A stretch of DNA of 64,000 nucleotides from Bdellovibrionales bacterium (GTDB lineage Bacteria > Bdellovibrionota > Bdellovibrionia > Bdellovibrionales > UBA1609): positions 546,142 to 610,141 of the forward strand of contig OZ244719.1 of the NCBI GenBank assembly GCA_965219095.1. The letters are read 5' to 3'. The notes below the pieces were generated by a model. It searched no databases, had not been told where the DNA came from, and was given only the letters and a program-made list of their open reading frames with translations. Made by a program: the position numbers and the translations under genes. Below are positions 20,700 through 31,757 of the stretch, one piece after another; the stretch's first letter is position 1; every line of letters begins with the position of its first letter.

Positions 20700-21353
20700 A
20701 TGTCATTAGATATTTTAGAGATTTTAGCTAAAGTTTTGTACGGTCTCATCCCTCTGTGGTTAGCTCTTTGCTTCCATGAGTACGCTCACGCATGGGTGGC
20801 TAAAAAAAAGGGAGATCCTACAGCAGAACAAATGGGGCGTTTGACAATGAACCCTATGGCCCATTTAGACCTTATAGGGACTGTGCTTTTACCTGTTGTA
20901 GCCATTTTAAGTGGTTTTCCTTTGATCGGTTGGGCAAAGCCTGTACCTGTAAATCCTTCCTATCTAAAAAACCCTATAAAAGATATGTTTTGGGTGGCCT
21001 TTGCAGGGCCTTTATCAAATATCTTGCTTGCTGTTTTAGGTTTTATCCTCTTTGCTTTTTTTAAACATGTAGATTTAGGCCTAAGTATTCAGAACTTAAG
21101 TCTTGTTTTCAATATTTTAAATTACTTCATTTTCATTAATTTTGTTCTTTTTGTTCTTAACATGATTCCTGTTCATCCTCTAGATGGAGCTAAAGTTTTA
21201 GAAAGGTTTTTACCCTACAACATCAATAAAGCTCTTCTAGAACATCAGGGAACTTTATTCATTGTATTTTTAATTTTCGTTTTTACAGGGATGTTTTCTC
21301 AGCTTCTTATTCCCTTTATCTGGCTTCAACAAACAGTTATTTCATTTTTATGA
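20700..21353 (+). CDS. Site-2 protease (peptidase M50)
   Basis: HEYAH, AGPLSN, NMIPVHPLDG. Confidence 0.93.
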   Translation: MSLDILEILAKVLYGLIPLWLALCFHEYAHAWVAKKKGDPTAEQMGRLTMNPMAHLDLIGTVLLPVVAILSGFPLIGWAKPVPVNPSYLKNPIKDMFWVAFAGPLSNILLAVLGFILFAFFKHVDLGLSIQNLSLVFNILNYFIFINFVLFVLNMIPVHPLDGAKVLERFLPYNINKALLEHQGTLFIVFLIFVFTGMFSQLLIPFIWLQQTVISFL

Positions 21354-21384
21354 AATAACTGCTTTAATAAATTTAATAGAATAT

Positions 21385-22167
21385 ATGGTGAATATTAAAA
21401 TACAAACTTTTGAAGGGCCTTTAGCACTTCTTCTTTATCTTATCAGAAAAGAAGAAATGGATATTTTCGATATTAACATCCACCAAATAACACGTCAGTA
21501 TCTTGATTATATAAAAAGTATGAAAAGCTTTGACTTAGAAGTAGCAGGAGAATTTATCTCTATGGCGGCTACTCTTATCCATATCAAGTCAAAGATGTTA
21601 ATTCCTTCACCAGAAGAAAAAGAGGAGAAAGAAGAGATAGAAGACCCTAGGCATAAACTTGTTGAAAGGCTCTTACAGTATGAACGGTTTAAAAAACTTG
21701 CCACTTTTTTAAACCAAAAAGAGCTTTTGAATAGAGATGTGTGGCCTAGAGGAAAAAAAGATATTTCTTATATAAAAAAAGATGGAGGAGTGGTTTTAGG
21801 AGAGAACAGTTTTATGGGATTTCTTAAAGCATATGTTTGTGTGCTTCACAAAGCAAAGAAAAAGACTCACAAAGTTTTTGTAAACTTACAAACCATTGGG
21901 GAACGTATTTTAGATTTAAGATCTTACTTAAAGCTAGGGGTTCGCCAGAATTTTAATGATTTTATTTTTGAAAAAGAAAAGGAGAAAAAACGTTATCAAG
22001 TTCTAGTCACACTTTTGTCTTTTCTAGAGTTGAGTAAATTAGGCCATGTAGGATTATTTCAGGGAGGTCATAAATCAGACATCTACGTAGAGACAAAGAA
22101 AGCTATTGATAAAACTATAACAAGTCGTATTGAAGACTACACATCATCTAACAATCAGGAGATTTAA
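21385..22167 (+). CDS. scpA: Segregation and condensation protein A
   Basis: FEGPLALLLYLI, MAATLIHIKSKML. Confidence 0.95.
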   Translation: MVNIKIQTFEGPLALLLYLIRKEEMDIFDINIHQITRQYLDYIKSMKSFDLEVAGEFISMAATLIHIKSKMLIPSPEEKEEKEEIEDPRHKLVERLLQYERFKKLATFLNQKELLNRDVWPRGKKDISYIKKDGGVVLGENSFMGFLKAYVCVLHKAKKKTHKVFVNLQTIGERILDLRSYLKLGVRQNFNDFIFEKEKEKKRYQVLVTLLSFLELSKLGHVGLFQGGHKSDIYVETKKAIDKTITSRIEDYTSSNNQEI

Positions 22168-22170
22168 GTT

Positions 22171-23106
22171 ATGAATGAACAAACCCAAAACCAAAGACAA
22201 AAAGAAAAAAGTCAATTGATCTCTATCTTAGAAAGCCTTCTCTTTTCAACAGATAAACCTATGACAGCTAAAGGTTTGAAAAACTTCTTAGAAGAGGCTT
22301 GTGAAAAAAATGATCTAAATTTGAGCTTTACGATAAATGAGATCAAAAAAGCACTTCAATCTTTAAAAGAAGACTACCAGTCCACAAGAAGAGGTGTTGT
22401 GTTAGAGGAACTTGGAGGAGGCTTTCAAATTCGCACAAAAGCGGAAAATAAAGTTTTCCTACAAAAAACCATTAAAGCACGCCCTTTTAGATTATCAGAA
22501 CCTGCTTTAGAAGTTTTATCTCTTATAGCCTACAATCAACCCTGCATTAAAGCTAAAGTGGATGAGATAAGAGGGATCGACTGTAGTCATTTGATAAGAA
22601 CTCTTATGGAAAAAAACCTTCTTTGTTTTGATGGAAAAAGTGATCTCCCAGGAAAACCTATGCTCTATAAAACAACATCCAAATTTTTAGAAGTTTTTGG
22701 TCTGAAATCTCTAAGAGACCTGCCCTCTCTTTCCGAAATTGAAGAGTTATTTCCTGAAGATGTGGAAAATGAGACAAAGCAAACAACCTTATCTGATGTT
22801 TCTGAAGCTAAAAGAGAGGAATTTTTAAAAACTTACTCTTCTCAAGAAAAAGATCTAGAAGATATGACAGAAACTCTCAAAGAAATTAAAACAACAACAG
22901 AGTTTTTTGAAAAGGAAAAGAAAGAGAAAAAAGCAAGTCATTTGTTAAGTGCTTTAGAAGAAGGGCAAAAATTGGCTGTAAGAGATTTAAAATGGCTTGA
23001 TTCTTATCAAAAACAACTTGCAAGTGAAACAACAATTGAAAGTTGTGAAGATAGATCCAAAGAGAATGTTAAAAAAGAAGATGTTAATACCAATTACAGA
23101 AATTAA
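22171..23106 (+). CDS. scpB: Segregation and condensation protein B; last codons replaced by an IS end
   Basis: LESLLF, ALEVLSLIAYNQP, PGKPMLYKTT..FL..FGL.SL.DLP. Confidence 0.93.
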   Translation: MNEQTQNQRQKEKSQLISILESLLFSTDKPMTAKGLKNFLEEACEKNDLNLSFTINEIKKALQSLKEDYQSTRRGVVLEELGGGFQIRTKAENKVFLQKTIKARPFRLSEPALEVLSLIAYNQPCIKAKVDEIRGIDCSHLIRTLMEKNLLCFDGKSDLPGKPMLYKTTSKFLEVFGLKSLRDLPSLSEIEELFPEDVENETKQTTLSDVSEAKREEFLKTYSSQEKDLEDMTETLKEIKTTTEFFEKEKKEKKASHLLSALEEGQKLAVRDLKWLDSYQKQLASETTIESCEDRSKENVKKEDVNTNYRN

Positions 23107-24148
23107 TTCGACATTTTTATGTTCAAATTTAAAATTTTAAAATTGACTTAAGGAAAAGATTCAGTTAGGAGATTTTAAAAAAACTTTTTTTGAGGTGAGG
23201 TTAAGTTTTCATAAGATATGTTTATTTCAGGTATATCTATTTGTTGTGTGAATCGATTGATGGGTTAAAATAAGTGAAAAAAAATGAGGTTAAAATTTAA
23301 AATGAAAAAAATCAGTTACGCAATTTAATTTATAGGTTCAAATTAATTTACAAGCTTGATTCATCTTGTTGTTTTGCCCAAGATCGAGTGCATAATTTTT
23401 TAATCCTGCCCTCCTGATCGCAAAAAGTATTCCAGGCCTCACAACAAGTATTCACTATATGGTCATAGTTTTTAAAACATGCATTCGATAATTTGATCCT
23501 TCGTAATTGTTGCCAGACTTGTTCCATGGGATTTAATTCTGGACTATAAGGAGCTAAAGGCATCAGGGATAAATTCTTAGGAACTATCAAAGTATTTAAA
23601 AGAAAATCTGTAAGAGCAAGACTTTTATCTTAAAACAGGTCTAAAGTTAGGGATAACTGAACAATGTAGGTGAGCAGTTACGAGAATAACAACAGTCAAA
23701 TTCATCTGCTAAAAGTTCCTGTATTCCCTTTGCTCCTATGCTTCCTCCCTCTCTTTTGTCTTGAATTTCATCTAACTTGATTTTAAACCTCTCTTCTTCT
23801 GTCACTGGCAAACGAGGCTTGCGTCCTCTGCCTTCTCGATCTATCAATCCCTCGTAATCAAAGTCTACAAAAAAAGACTGTAACCAGGATTTGACACTGT
23901 GACGGTGATAGAAAACTATACCTAGCTGTTTCTTGAATCGATTTTCCTTCTTAAATATGGTGCAAAGCTTGGAGTTTTATCTTGATGTTGGCACTTCTTT
24001 CTACTTTGTAAGTAGCCAGAAAATCATACCCTTGAATCTGTGTAAATAAATCTTTTTTCGACATGACTCTAAAAATTTAACAGAGTTTTATCAAAAAGCC
24101 AGAACGCAATGCGTTAAAAGAATGTCGAATTAACTTTTGGAAATGGTA
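23088..24148 (-). mobile_element. IS630-family element A with both ends; internally deleted, carries an IS66 left-end scar (~23590-23681)
   Basis: Ends TACCATTTCC.. and TACCAATTAC.., flanked by TAA direct repeats. YSPELNPMEQVWQ motif. Confidence 0.88.
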
Positions 24149-24217
24149 TAAACAAGAAATAAAAAACTTAAAATCTCCTTTATCTTAAGAGGTAGAGAAG
24201 TTGAAATATATAGTCTT

Positions 24218-26362
24218 TCATCTAGTGACTTTTTTTTCATAGAATGTTTGAGAAGTATTAGCCATTTCAAGAAGGCTGTTTGCAGGCTTAAACCTCTTTC
24301 CTAAAAATGAAGAAAACTCTTCTAAATCCGAAACTATCGAAGAAACCCCTAAGCTGTCTGCGTATTTTAAAAGCCCCCCTCTAAAAGGAGGAAAGCCTGC
24401 CCCCATAATCATAGCCCAATCCACATCTTCACAAGATGAAACAATGTGCTCTTCTAAAAAAGCCTTAGACGCTTCATTGATCATAAGATAAACACCTCTT
24501 GAAACACAGCCTTTCTTCACTTGGTGAGATGGCTTGACTCCTAATTTTTTAAGAAAATCTTTATTAACTTCTTTCGGCTGACCTTTTTTATCATAAATGT
24601 AAAACCCTTTCCCTGTTTTACGGCCTAAACATTCAGAGTTTATAGCTTTTTCATCACAAAGCTCACTGATTTGTAAATTTCCCAAACCTTTTTGGAAAGT
24701 TTTGAGAACTTTCATACAAACATCAAGTCCTATCTCATCCATAAGACGATAAACTCCCATAGGCAAACCAAATTCATACTTGAAAATATGATCAATTTTT
24801 TCAACACTCATACCCTCTTCTAAAAAGAAAAACGCTTCACCTAAAAGAGGAAGAAGCAGACGATTGACTAAAAACCCTGGACTATCTTTTACAACAATAG
24901 GAAATTTCCCTAACTTCTTAGATAGTTCAAAAGCTGTAACAATAGCTTTATCAGATGTCTTCTCCCCTTGAATCACTTCTACTAAAGGCATTTGTGGTAC
25001 GGGATTAAAAAAATGAAGCCCCACAACATTTTCAGGTTTTTTATAAAAAGAAGCTATATCTGTAACACTTAGAGATGATGTGTTTGTTGCAACAATACAA
25101 TCATAAGAGACGTTTTGATTCAAATCCTCAAAAACTTTTTTCTTGATATTTATATCCTCTACAACGGCTTCAATAACAAAATCCAAATTGTTAAACCCGG
25201 AATAATTTAAAGTTCCTGAAAAATAGGCTCTTCTTTCATCTCTTTCAAAAGGCGTCAAACGTCTTTTTTTTATCTTCCTTTCCCAAAGACGATAGGCCTC
25301 TGCAAAACCTTTTGCTAAAAGTTTTTTTTGAATGTCTTTCATTCTCACTGAGATCTTTTTATCAGCAACTAAAAAAGAAATTCCTCTTCCCATCACCCCA
25401 GCACCTAAAACTCCTACTCTTTCAACAACCTTGGACTTTTCTGTACAACTAGGAAATGCTTTTATTTTTTTTCTCTTTTCACCTAAAAAGAATAGATTGA
25501 TAAGATGATTGCTAACTTCTGTAGAAGCCACTTTAGAAAAGCCCTTTCTTTCTCTCAAATAGCCTTTATGAGATGACTTTTTATAAACTTCACTTATAAC
25601 GGCTAAAGCTTCAAGGGGGGCTGGATAAAAACCTTTTGTTTGTTTGTAAATGGTTTTATAAGCTATTTTTTTTAATACTTTTATTCCTGCCCAAGAATGA
25701 AAAAATTTTTCTGTTATACCTTTAGTAGGCCACTTCTTTCTTTTAGGTTTGCCTTTTTTTATTAAATTTTTCGCAACCTCTAAAGCACGAGATTCTAAGA
25801 TAGCAGAGGGAACACACTCATCCACAACTCCTAATCTCAAAGCCTTTTTAGGCTTCAAAGCTCGGCCTGAAGTGATAACCTCTACTGACTTAGAAAAACC
25901 AATTAAGCACGGCAAACGATAACAACCTCCGAAACCAGGAATCAAACCAAGCTTTACTTCAGGAAGACCTATTTGTGTTTTAGGCTGATCACTTGCAATA
26001 CGATAGTGGCCACTTAAAGCAAACTCTAATCCACCTCCTAAACAAGCTCCATCTATGGCCATTACAACAGGAAAAGGTAGTTTCTCTAAATCATTGAAAA
26101 TATCTTGTCCTTTTTTACTTGCTCTTTCAAACTCCACTTTACTTTGAATGTTTTTCAATTCGTTAATATCAGCCCCTGCTATGAAAATTCCTTTTTTACG
26201 AGAGAGAAAAATACTAGCTTTAAAAGAAGATTTTTTTAATTTATTGATGACATCTGCAAGCTCTTCTAATACTGATAAAGAAAATTTATTTATTTTTTCA
26301 GACTCTAAGTCAATTTCTACTAAAGCCACATCATCTTTCTTAATTATGTTAAAACATTTCAT
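24218..26362 (-). CDS. fadJ: Fatty-acid oxidation complex alpha subunit (enoyl-CoA hydratase / 3-hydroxyacyl-CoA dehydrogenase)
   Basis: FIAGADI, GLPEVKLGLIPG, GAGVMG, TNTSSL, HFFNPV. ATGA overlap with the thiolase stop. Confidence 0.92.
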   Translation of the reverse strand: MKCFNIIKKDDVALVEIDLESEKINKFSLSVLEELADVINKLKKSSFKASIFLSRKKGIFIAGADINELKNIQSKVEFERASKKGQDIFNDLEKLPFPVVMAIDGACLGGGLEFALSGHYRIASDQPKTQIGLPEVKLGLIPGFGGCYRLPCLIGFSKSVEVITSGRALKPKKALRLGVVDECVPSAILESRALEVAKNLIKKGKPKRKKWPTKGITEKFFHSWAGIKVLKKIAYKTIYKQTKGFYPAPLEALAVISEVYKKSSHKGYLRERKGFSKVASTEVSNHLINLFFLGEKRKKIKAFPSCTEKSKVVERVGVLGAGVMGRGISFLVADKKISVRMKDIQKKLLAKGFAEAYRLWERKIKKRRLTPFERDERRAYFSGTLNYSGFNNLDFVIEAVVEDINIKKKVFEDLNQNVSYDCIVATNTSSLSVTDIASFYKKPENVVGLHFFNPVPQMPLVEVIQGEKTSDKAIVTAFELSKKLGKFPIVVKDSPGFLVNRLLLPLLGEAFFFLEEGMSVEKIDHIFKYEFGLPMGVYRLMDEIGLDVCMKVLKTFQKGLGNLQISELCDEKAINSECLGRKTGKGFYIYDKKGQPKEVNKDFLKKLGVKPSHQVKKGCVSRGVYLMINEASKAFLEEHIVSSCEDVDWAMIMGAGFPPFRGGLLKYADSLGVSSIVSDLEEFSSFLGKRFKPANSLLEMANTSQTFYEKKVTR

Positions 26363-27663
26363 GAAGCCTCTCCCTCTAAAATCATAGCTCCTCCCTGCCC
26401 TCCTCCGATACAAAGAGTTGTTAAACCTAAAGGAACTTGCCTTCTTCTCATAGATTTCATTAAGGTTAAAACAAGACGACCTCCTGTAGCTCCTACAGGA
26501 TGTCCTAAGGCAATAGCTCCTCCATTGACGTTTAAAACATCATCTTTAAGTTCTCCTAAAGCTTTATCGCTAAGACCTTGAAGATGATTTGAACTAAATG
26601 CATCGCAAGAAAAAGCTTTTTGACAAGCTATCACTTGAGCTGCAAAAGCTTCATTCAATTCCACAAGGCCCATATCTTTCAAGGACAAACCTGTTTTTTT
26701 CAAAACACTGGCTGTAGCATAGACAGGGCCTAAACCCATTTTTTTAGGGTCAAGACCGTAGTAAGAGTAAGCTCTCACTTTTGCTAAAGGTTTAAGTTGA
26801 AGCTCTTCTGCTTTATGTCGGCTCATTAAAAGGAGCATGCAAGCACCGTCTGTAATGGGACAAGAGTTTCCTACCGTGACCGTACCATACTTTCTATCAA
26901 AATAAGGTTTGAGTTTTGCCAGCTTCTCTAAAGATTGATCCTTTCTAGGTCCTACATCCTCAGTCAAAATTTTCTTGTATTTTGGTCCTGTGGGGACAGG
27001 AACAATTTCACTATTAAAAGCACCTTTTTTTTGAGCCTCACAGGCTTTTTTATGACTGTTTTGAGAAAACATATCTTGTTCTTGTCTTGAAATATCAAAC
27101 TCCTTTGCTAAAACCTCAGCCGTTTGTCCCATATTCAAACCCACAAAAGGATCTGTGAGTCCTTCCATCACAGAAAATCTTGGCTTTAAAAAAGAGATTT
27201 TAAATTTCAAAAGTGCTGATACCTTATCCGCTGTCTTTTTTCCCATCATAACTTTTGTTAAAATATCTTTGAAATGATCATTAAATAATAGAGGGTACTG
27301 AGACATATTCTCTGTTCCTCCAGCCACCACTATATCAGCTTGACCTGCCCATATTTTATCACAAGCAGAAGTGACACTTTGTAAGGCAGAAGCACAATTG
27401 CGATGAACTGTATAAGCTGAGATTTTTTGATCAAAGCCTGCCCTCAAAGCTATCACTCTAGAAATATTTACAGAATCTGTAGGATTACCCACATTCCCTA
27501 CAATCACCTCGTCAACTTCCTCATAATCTATACCTACACGATCCATAAGCTCTTTGAGAGCTATTTGTCCTAATTCAGCAGGATGTCTATCCTTCAAATC
27601 TGTACCCGCTTTACTAAAGGGAGTTCTTACTCCCTCTACAATCACAACATCTTTATCACCCAT
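26359..27663 (-). CDS. fadI: 3-ketoacyl-CoA thiolase
   Basis: NCAS, NEAFA, GHPVGATG, CIGGGQG. Confidence 0.92.
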   Translation of the reverse strand: MGDKDVVIVEGVRTPFSKAGTDLKDRHPAELGQIALKELMDRVGIDYEEVDEVIVGNVGNPTDSVNISRVIALRAGFDQKISAYTVHRNCASALQSVTSACDKIWAGQADIVVAGGTENMSQYPLLFNDHFKDILTKVMMGKKTADKVSALLKFKISFLKPRFSVMEGLTDPFVGLNMGQTAEVLAKEFDISRQEQDMFSQNSHKKACEAQKKGAFNSEIVPVPTGPKYKKILTEDVGPRKDQSLEKLAKLKPYFDRKYGTVTVGNSCPITDGACMLLLMSRHKAEELQLKPLAKVRAYSYYGLDPKKMGLGPVYATASVLKKTGLSLKDMGLVELNEAFAAQVIACQKAFSCDAFSSNHLQGLSDKALGELKDDVLNVNGGAIALGHPVGATGGRLVLTLMKSMRRRQVPLGLTTLCIGGGQGGAMILEGEAS

Positions 27664-27762
27664 AAAAACTTCCTTTCTTTTAAAAAAGCTGATGTTATAA
27701 TATCTATTATAATACAAATTAGCAATATATATGTTTAAACTATTTAATAGAGGGCTGAGAGC

Positions 27763-30057
27763 ATGAAGAAGAAAAATCTAGAAAAAGAATCTCTTTTGTA
27801 CCATTCAGAGGGGAAACCAGGAAAAATCACTGTGTCATCCCACAAAAAATGTAACACAGAATATAATCTTTCCCTTGCCTACTCTCCTGGAGTCGCTGGT
27901 CCTTGTCGTGAAATCAATAAAAATTCTCAAAAAGTCTATGATTATACCTCTAAAGGCAACTTAATTGCCGTAATCTCTAATGGCTCAGCTGTTTTAGGAT
28001 TAGGAAATTTAGGTCCTTTGGCTAGTAAACCTGTTATGGAGGGAAAAGGCATCTTATTTAAACAGTTTGCTGATATAGATGTTTTTGACTTAGAACTTGA
28101 CAGCCAAAATGTCGATGAATTTGTACAAGTAGTCAAAGCCTTAGCTCCTACATTTGGGGGAATTAATTTAGAAGATATCAAAAGCCCTGAATGTTTTGAA
28201 ATTGAAAGCCGTTTGAAAAAAGAACTAAAGATTCCCGTTTTCCATGACGATCAACATGGGACGGCCATTATCACAGTAGCCGCCTTTATTAATGCTTGTT
28301 TTTTAACAAAAAGAAAAATGAAAACTACAAAGGTTGTTTTCAGTGGTGCAGGAGCTGCGTCTTTAGCTTGTGCAAAACTTCTTATTCGTATGGGAGTTCA
28401 AAAAAATAACATTCTAATTTGTGATTCCTTAGGTGTTATTTATAAAGGAAGAACTCGTGGCATGAATTCTTATAAAAAACAAATGGTTATCAATACAAAA
28501 AAAAGAACTTTGAGTGAGGCTGTGAAAGGATCTGATGCTTTTATTGGCTTGAGCGTAGAGGACATCTTAACCCCTAAAATGTTAAAATCCATGAAAAAAT
28601 TCCCTCTTGTTTTTGCTATGGCTAATCCTAACCCTGAAATCAATCCTGAATTAGCTCACAAAACAAGAAAGGATGTAATCATGGCAACAGGAAGAACCGA
28701 TTATCCTAACCAAGCCAACAATGTTCTAGGTTTTCCCGGTGTTTTTCGAGGAGCTTTAGACGTACAAGCCACTTGTATCAATGAAGACATGAAAATCGCT
28801 GCAGCCAGAGCTCTGGCTCAACTAGCTCGTGATGATGTACCTGAAAGTGTTTCAGAGGCTTATGATGATAAGCAATTTAGCTTTGGACCTCATTACATCT
28901 TACCAAAACCTTTTGATCCTAGAGTTGTACAAAAAGTCGCCTCTGCTGTAGCAAAAGCTGCTATAAAAACTAAAGTGGCAAAGAAAACTATTAAAGACTT
29001 TAAAATCTATGAAGAAAGGTTAGAATCTTTAGAAGGAGTTAAAAAAAGCTTTATTAGAAAACTTATCAATCGTATTCTCATTGAGTCAAAAAAACAAAAC
29101 AAGAAGCCTCAAATTGTTTTTCCTGAGGGGGATTCTCATCAAATTTTAAAAGCTGTAAACCAAGCTCTTATCGAAAGCATGATTGAGCCTATCTTAATAG
29201 GAGACAAGGATAAAATTAATAATGAACTCAAAAAATTAGGTTTTAAAAAGCACTTCAAAAACGTTGCCGTCATCCAACCTAAAGAGTACAAACATTATGA
29301 AAAACTTTCTCAAAAGTTTTTTCACAAAAGACAGCGAAAAGGAGTTACATTCAAAGAAGCAGAAAGATTAATGGCAAACCCTTACTATCTGTCAGCTATG
29401 ATGTTAGAAGAAGGGCATGTAGAGGGTCTAGTTTCAGGAGCAAGACAAAACTATGCTGATTGCATAAGACCTGTTTTACAAATCGTAACATTAGGAAAAA
29501 GCAAAGTTGCTTCAGGCCTCAATATTGTTCTTTTTAAAGAAAAAATTCTTTTCTTTGCTGATACAACCATCAATATCAACCCCACAGAAAATCAACTCGC
29601 CTTTATTGCATACCATGCCGCTAAATCTGCTCAATTTTTTGGAATTCAACCTCGTATCGCTATGTTAAGTTATTCTAATTTTACAGGCTATCAAACAAAT
29701 CCTCAAAAAATGGTAAAAGCTTGTAAGATTTTAAATGAACTTTTTCCACACCTCACTGTTGATGGTGAGGTACAGGCTGACACAGCCATTAACACAAAAA
29801 TTATAAAAAGAATCTTTCCTTTTTCTAATTTAAAAGAAGGGGCCAATGTACTTATTTTTCCCAATTTAGATTCTAGCAATATAGCTTACAAACTCTTACA
29901 GCAATTAAGCGGGGGAGAGGTTTTAGGCCCTTTTATCATGGGTGTTAAAAAACCTGCTCACATAGTACAAAGAACAGGAACAATATCTGATATCTTCAAC
30001 ACTATTGTTATTACAGCCCTACACTCTCTTTTACTTGAAGATATTAATAAATCATGA
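27763..30057 (+). CDS. maeB: NADP-dependent malic enzyme with phosphotransacetylase-like domain
   Basis: LAYSPGVA, KPVMEGK, FHDDQHGTAI; C-terminal PTA-like domain (IVFPEG, DGEVQAD). Confidence 0.96.
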   Translation: MKKKNLEKESLLYHSEGKPGKITVSSHKKCNTEYNLSLAYSPGVAGPCREINKNSQKVYDYTSKGNLIAVISNGSAVLGLGNLGPLASKPVMEGKGILFKQFADIDVFDLELDSQNVDEFVQVVKALAPTFGGINLEDIKSPECFEIESRLKKELKIPVFHDDQHGTAIITVAAFINACFLTKRKMKTTKVVFSGAGAASLACAKLLIRMGVQKNNILICDSLGVIYKGRTRGMNSYKKQMVINTKKRTLSEAVKGSDAFIGLSVEDILTPKMLKSMKKFPLVFAMANPNPEINPELAHKTRKDVIMATGRTDYPNQANNVLGFPGVFRGALDVQATCINEDMKIAAARALAQLARDDVPESVSEAYDDKQFSFGPHYILPKPFDPRVVQKVASAVAKAAIKTKVAKKTIKDFKIYEERLESLEGVKKSFIRKLINRILIESKKQNKKPQIVFPEGDSHQILKAVNQALIESMIEPILIGDKDKINNELKKLGFKKHFKNVAVIQPKEYKHYEKLSQKFFHKRQRKGVTFKEAERLMANPYYLSAMMLEEGHVEGLVSGARQNYADCIRPVLQIVTLGKSKVASGLNIVLFKEKILFFADTTININPTENQLAFIAYHAAKSAQFFGIQPRIAMLSYSNFTGYQTNPQKMVKACKILNELFPHLTVDGEVQADTAINTKIIKRIFPFSNLKEGANVLIFPNLDSSNIAYKLLQQLSGGEVLGPFIMGVKKPAHIVQRTGTISDIFNTIVITALHSLLLEDINKS

Positions 30058-31328
30058 ATTATAAAAAACAAGGAACTATACCTAAAGTTATTCTCGTAGG
30101 GGTGGGTTTAAGAAAAGATTCTTTTTTAGAACTCAAAGAAAGCCTTAATGAACTTGAAGATATCGTTTGGGCTTCTCAAAGAGAGGTTGTAGGTTCAGTC
30201 CTTCAACAGCTCAATCAATTTAACCCTTCCGTACTTTTAGGAAAAGGGAAAGTTATGGAAATTAAAGAGTACATTCAAGAAACAAAGGCTGAGCAAATTA
30301 TTTTAGATAGAGAGCTTTCGGGAACACAGTTGAAAAATCTCTATAAAGAATTAGGAGTGAGAGTCTTAGATCGTACAGAATTAATTTTAGAAATCTTTGC
30401 AAAAAGAGCAAAAACCTATGAAGGACAACTTCAAGTACAAATGGCACAGCTTCTTAACCAATTACCACGACTTGTAGGAGGGTGGCATGGTTCTTTATCC
30501 CGACAAGCAGGAGGAAGCTACAGCCGAGGTCCTGGGGAAAAAGCTTTAGAAAAAGACAAAAGACGAATCGAAGAACGTCTTAAAGTGATTCGAAAAAAAT
30601 TAAAAGAAATGAAAAAAAATCGCAAACAACAAAGAACACAAAGAAAAAAAAGCAACCTCCCTTCTTTTGCTCTTATTGGCTATACCAATTCAGGAAAAAG
30701 CACTCTTTTACAATCTCTTTCAGGAAGCCAAATGCTCATCAAAGATCATGTTTTCGCCACTCTTGATCCTATGACAAGACGAGTGAGCCTAGATCTTAGG
30801 CTAGATGTTCTTATCACAGATACTGTAGGTTTCATTAGGAAACTGCCACAAGCCCTCTTGGATGCTTTTGAAGCCACTCTAGAGGAAGCAAGCGAAGTCG
30901 ATGTTCTTTTATTTGTCATCGATCTATCAAAAAAAGATATGAATACACAGATAGAAGTTGTAGAAAATATTATTGAAAAAATGAAATGGGATGACAAGCC
31001 TATTTTATACATCTATAACAAAAGCGACCTTGTCTCATTAGAAAAAAAAATCCAAGCCCACAAACATCCTCGTGTATTTATAAGTGCTTTAAAAACCCAA
31101 GGTTTTGATAAACTTTATGAAAAAATGATAAATATGATTTCTCAGATCAGTCAAGAGATTACTTTATTTTTTCCTAAAAGTGAGCAACATAAAGTTTTTC
31201 ACCTTACACGCATAGCCCAGAGCATGAAAAAAGAAGCTCACTCTCAAGGTACTGTATGTACAGTTAAACTTCCTTTACAATACATTTCTGAGTGGAAAGA
31301 GTACCTTGTAAAAAAAATAAAGCTCTGA
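30054..31328 (+). CDS. hflX: GTPase HflX
   Basis: RGPGEK, GYTNSGKS, FATLDP, DTVGFI, NKSD. Confidence 0.96.
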   Translation: MNYKKQGTIPKVILVGVGLRKDSFLELKESLNELEDIVWASQREVVGSVLQQLNQFNPSVLLGKGKVMEIKEYIQETKAEQIILDRELSGTQLKNLYKELGVRVLDRTELILEIFAKRAKTYEGQLQVQMAQLLNQLPRLVGGWHGSLSRQAGGSYSRGPGEKALEKDKRRIEERLKVIRKKLKEMKKNRKQQRTQRKKSNLPSFALIGYTNSGKSTLLQSLSGSQMLIKDHVFATLDPMTRRVSLDLRLDVLITDTVGFIRKLPQALLDAFEATLEEASEVDVLLFVIDLSKKDMNTQIEVVENIIEKMKWDDKPILYIYNKSDLVSLEKKIQAHKHPRVFISALKTQGFDKLYEKMINMISQISQEITLFFPKSEQHKVFHLTRIAQSMKKEAHSQGTVCTVKLPLQYISEWKEYLVKKIKL

Positions 31329-31409
31329 GAGGTCTTTTAGAAGTTCTTTTATGCTTGCTAAAAAAGGGTTTATAAAGCCTTTGATACAAATGCAATAGAA
31401 AGAAAAACT

Positions 31410-31516
31410 GTAACTGCTTACCCAGATTGTTCAGTTATCCCTAACTTTAGACCTGCTTTAGACCTGTTTTAAGATAAAAGTCTTGCTCTTACAGATTTTC
31501 TTTTAAATACTCTTTT
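31410..31516 (+). mobile_element. IS66 (single-gene type) left-end fragment with an 11-bp tandem duplication
   Basis: GTAACTGCTTACC... matches the start of the 15012 copy; CTTTAGACCTG occurs twice. Confidence 0.8.
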
Positions 31517-31757
31517 CCCGACTTCAGCGTTTTCTTTTCAAGAATCTAATGATTTCAAGTAGTTACGCAAAACCGTGATCACTACATTTTAAACGGTGCC
31601 TTATAGGATTTTTATATGATTTTAGGGGTTAAAACTGTATATTGCCCCAAATGTTGAATGGTTTTTTGGATGACTTTATTCTGCACTCTCTTGTTCTCTA
31701 CAATCTGAACTGAAATAGAACTATTCTTTCTTGGAATCTTTTTTACAAACATATTTA

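Noticed and set aside
26363-26413. Longer starts predicted for fadJ, and likewise for fadI, the M50 protease and the IS5 transposase
   Set aside because: Downstream ATGs with an RBS or stop-start overlap fit better.
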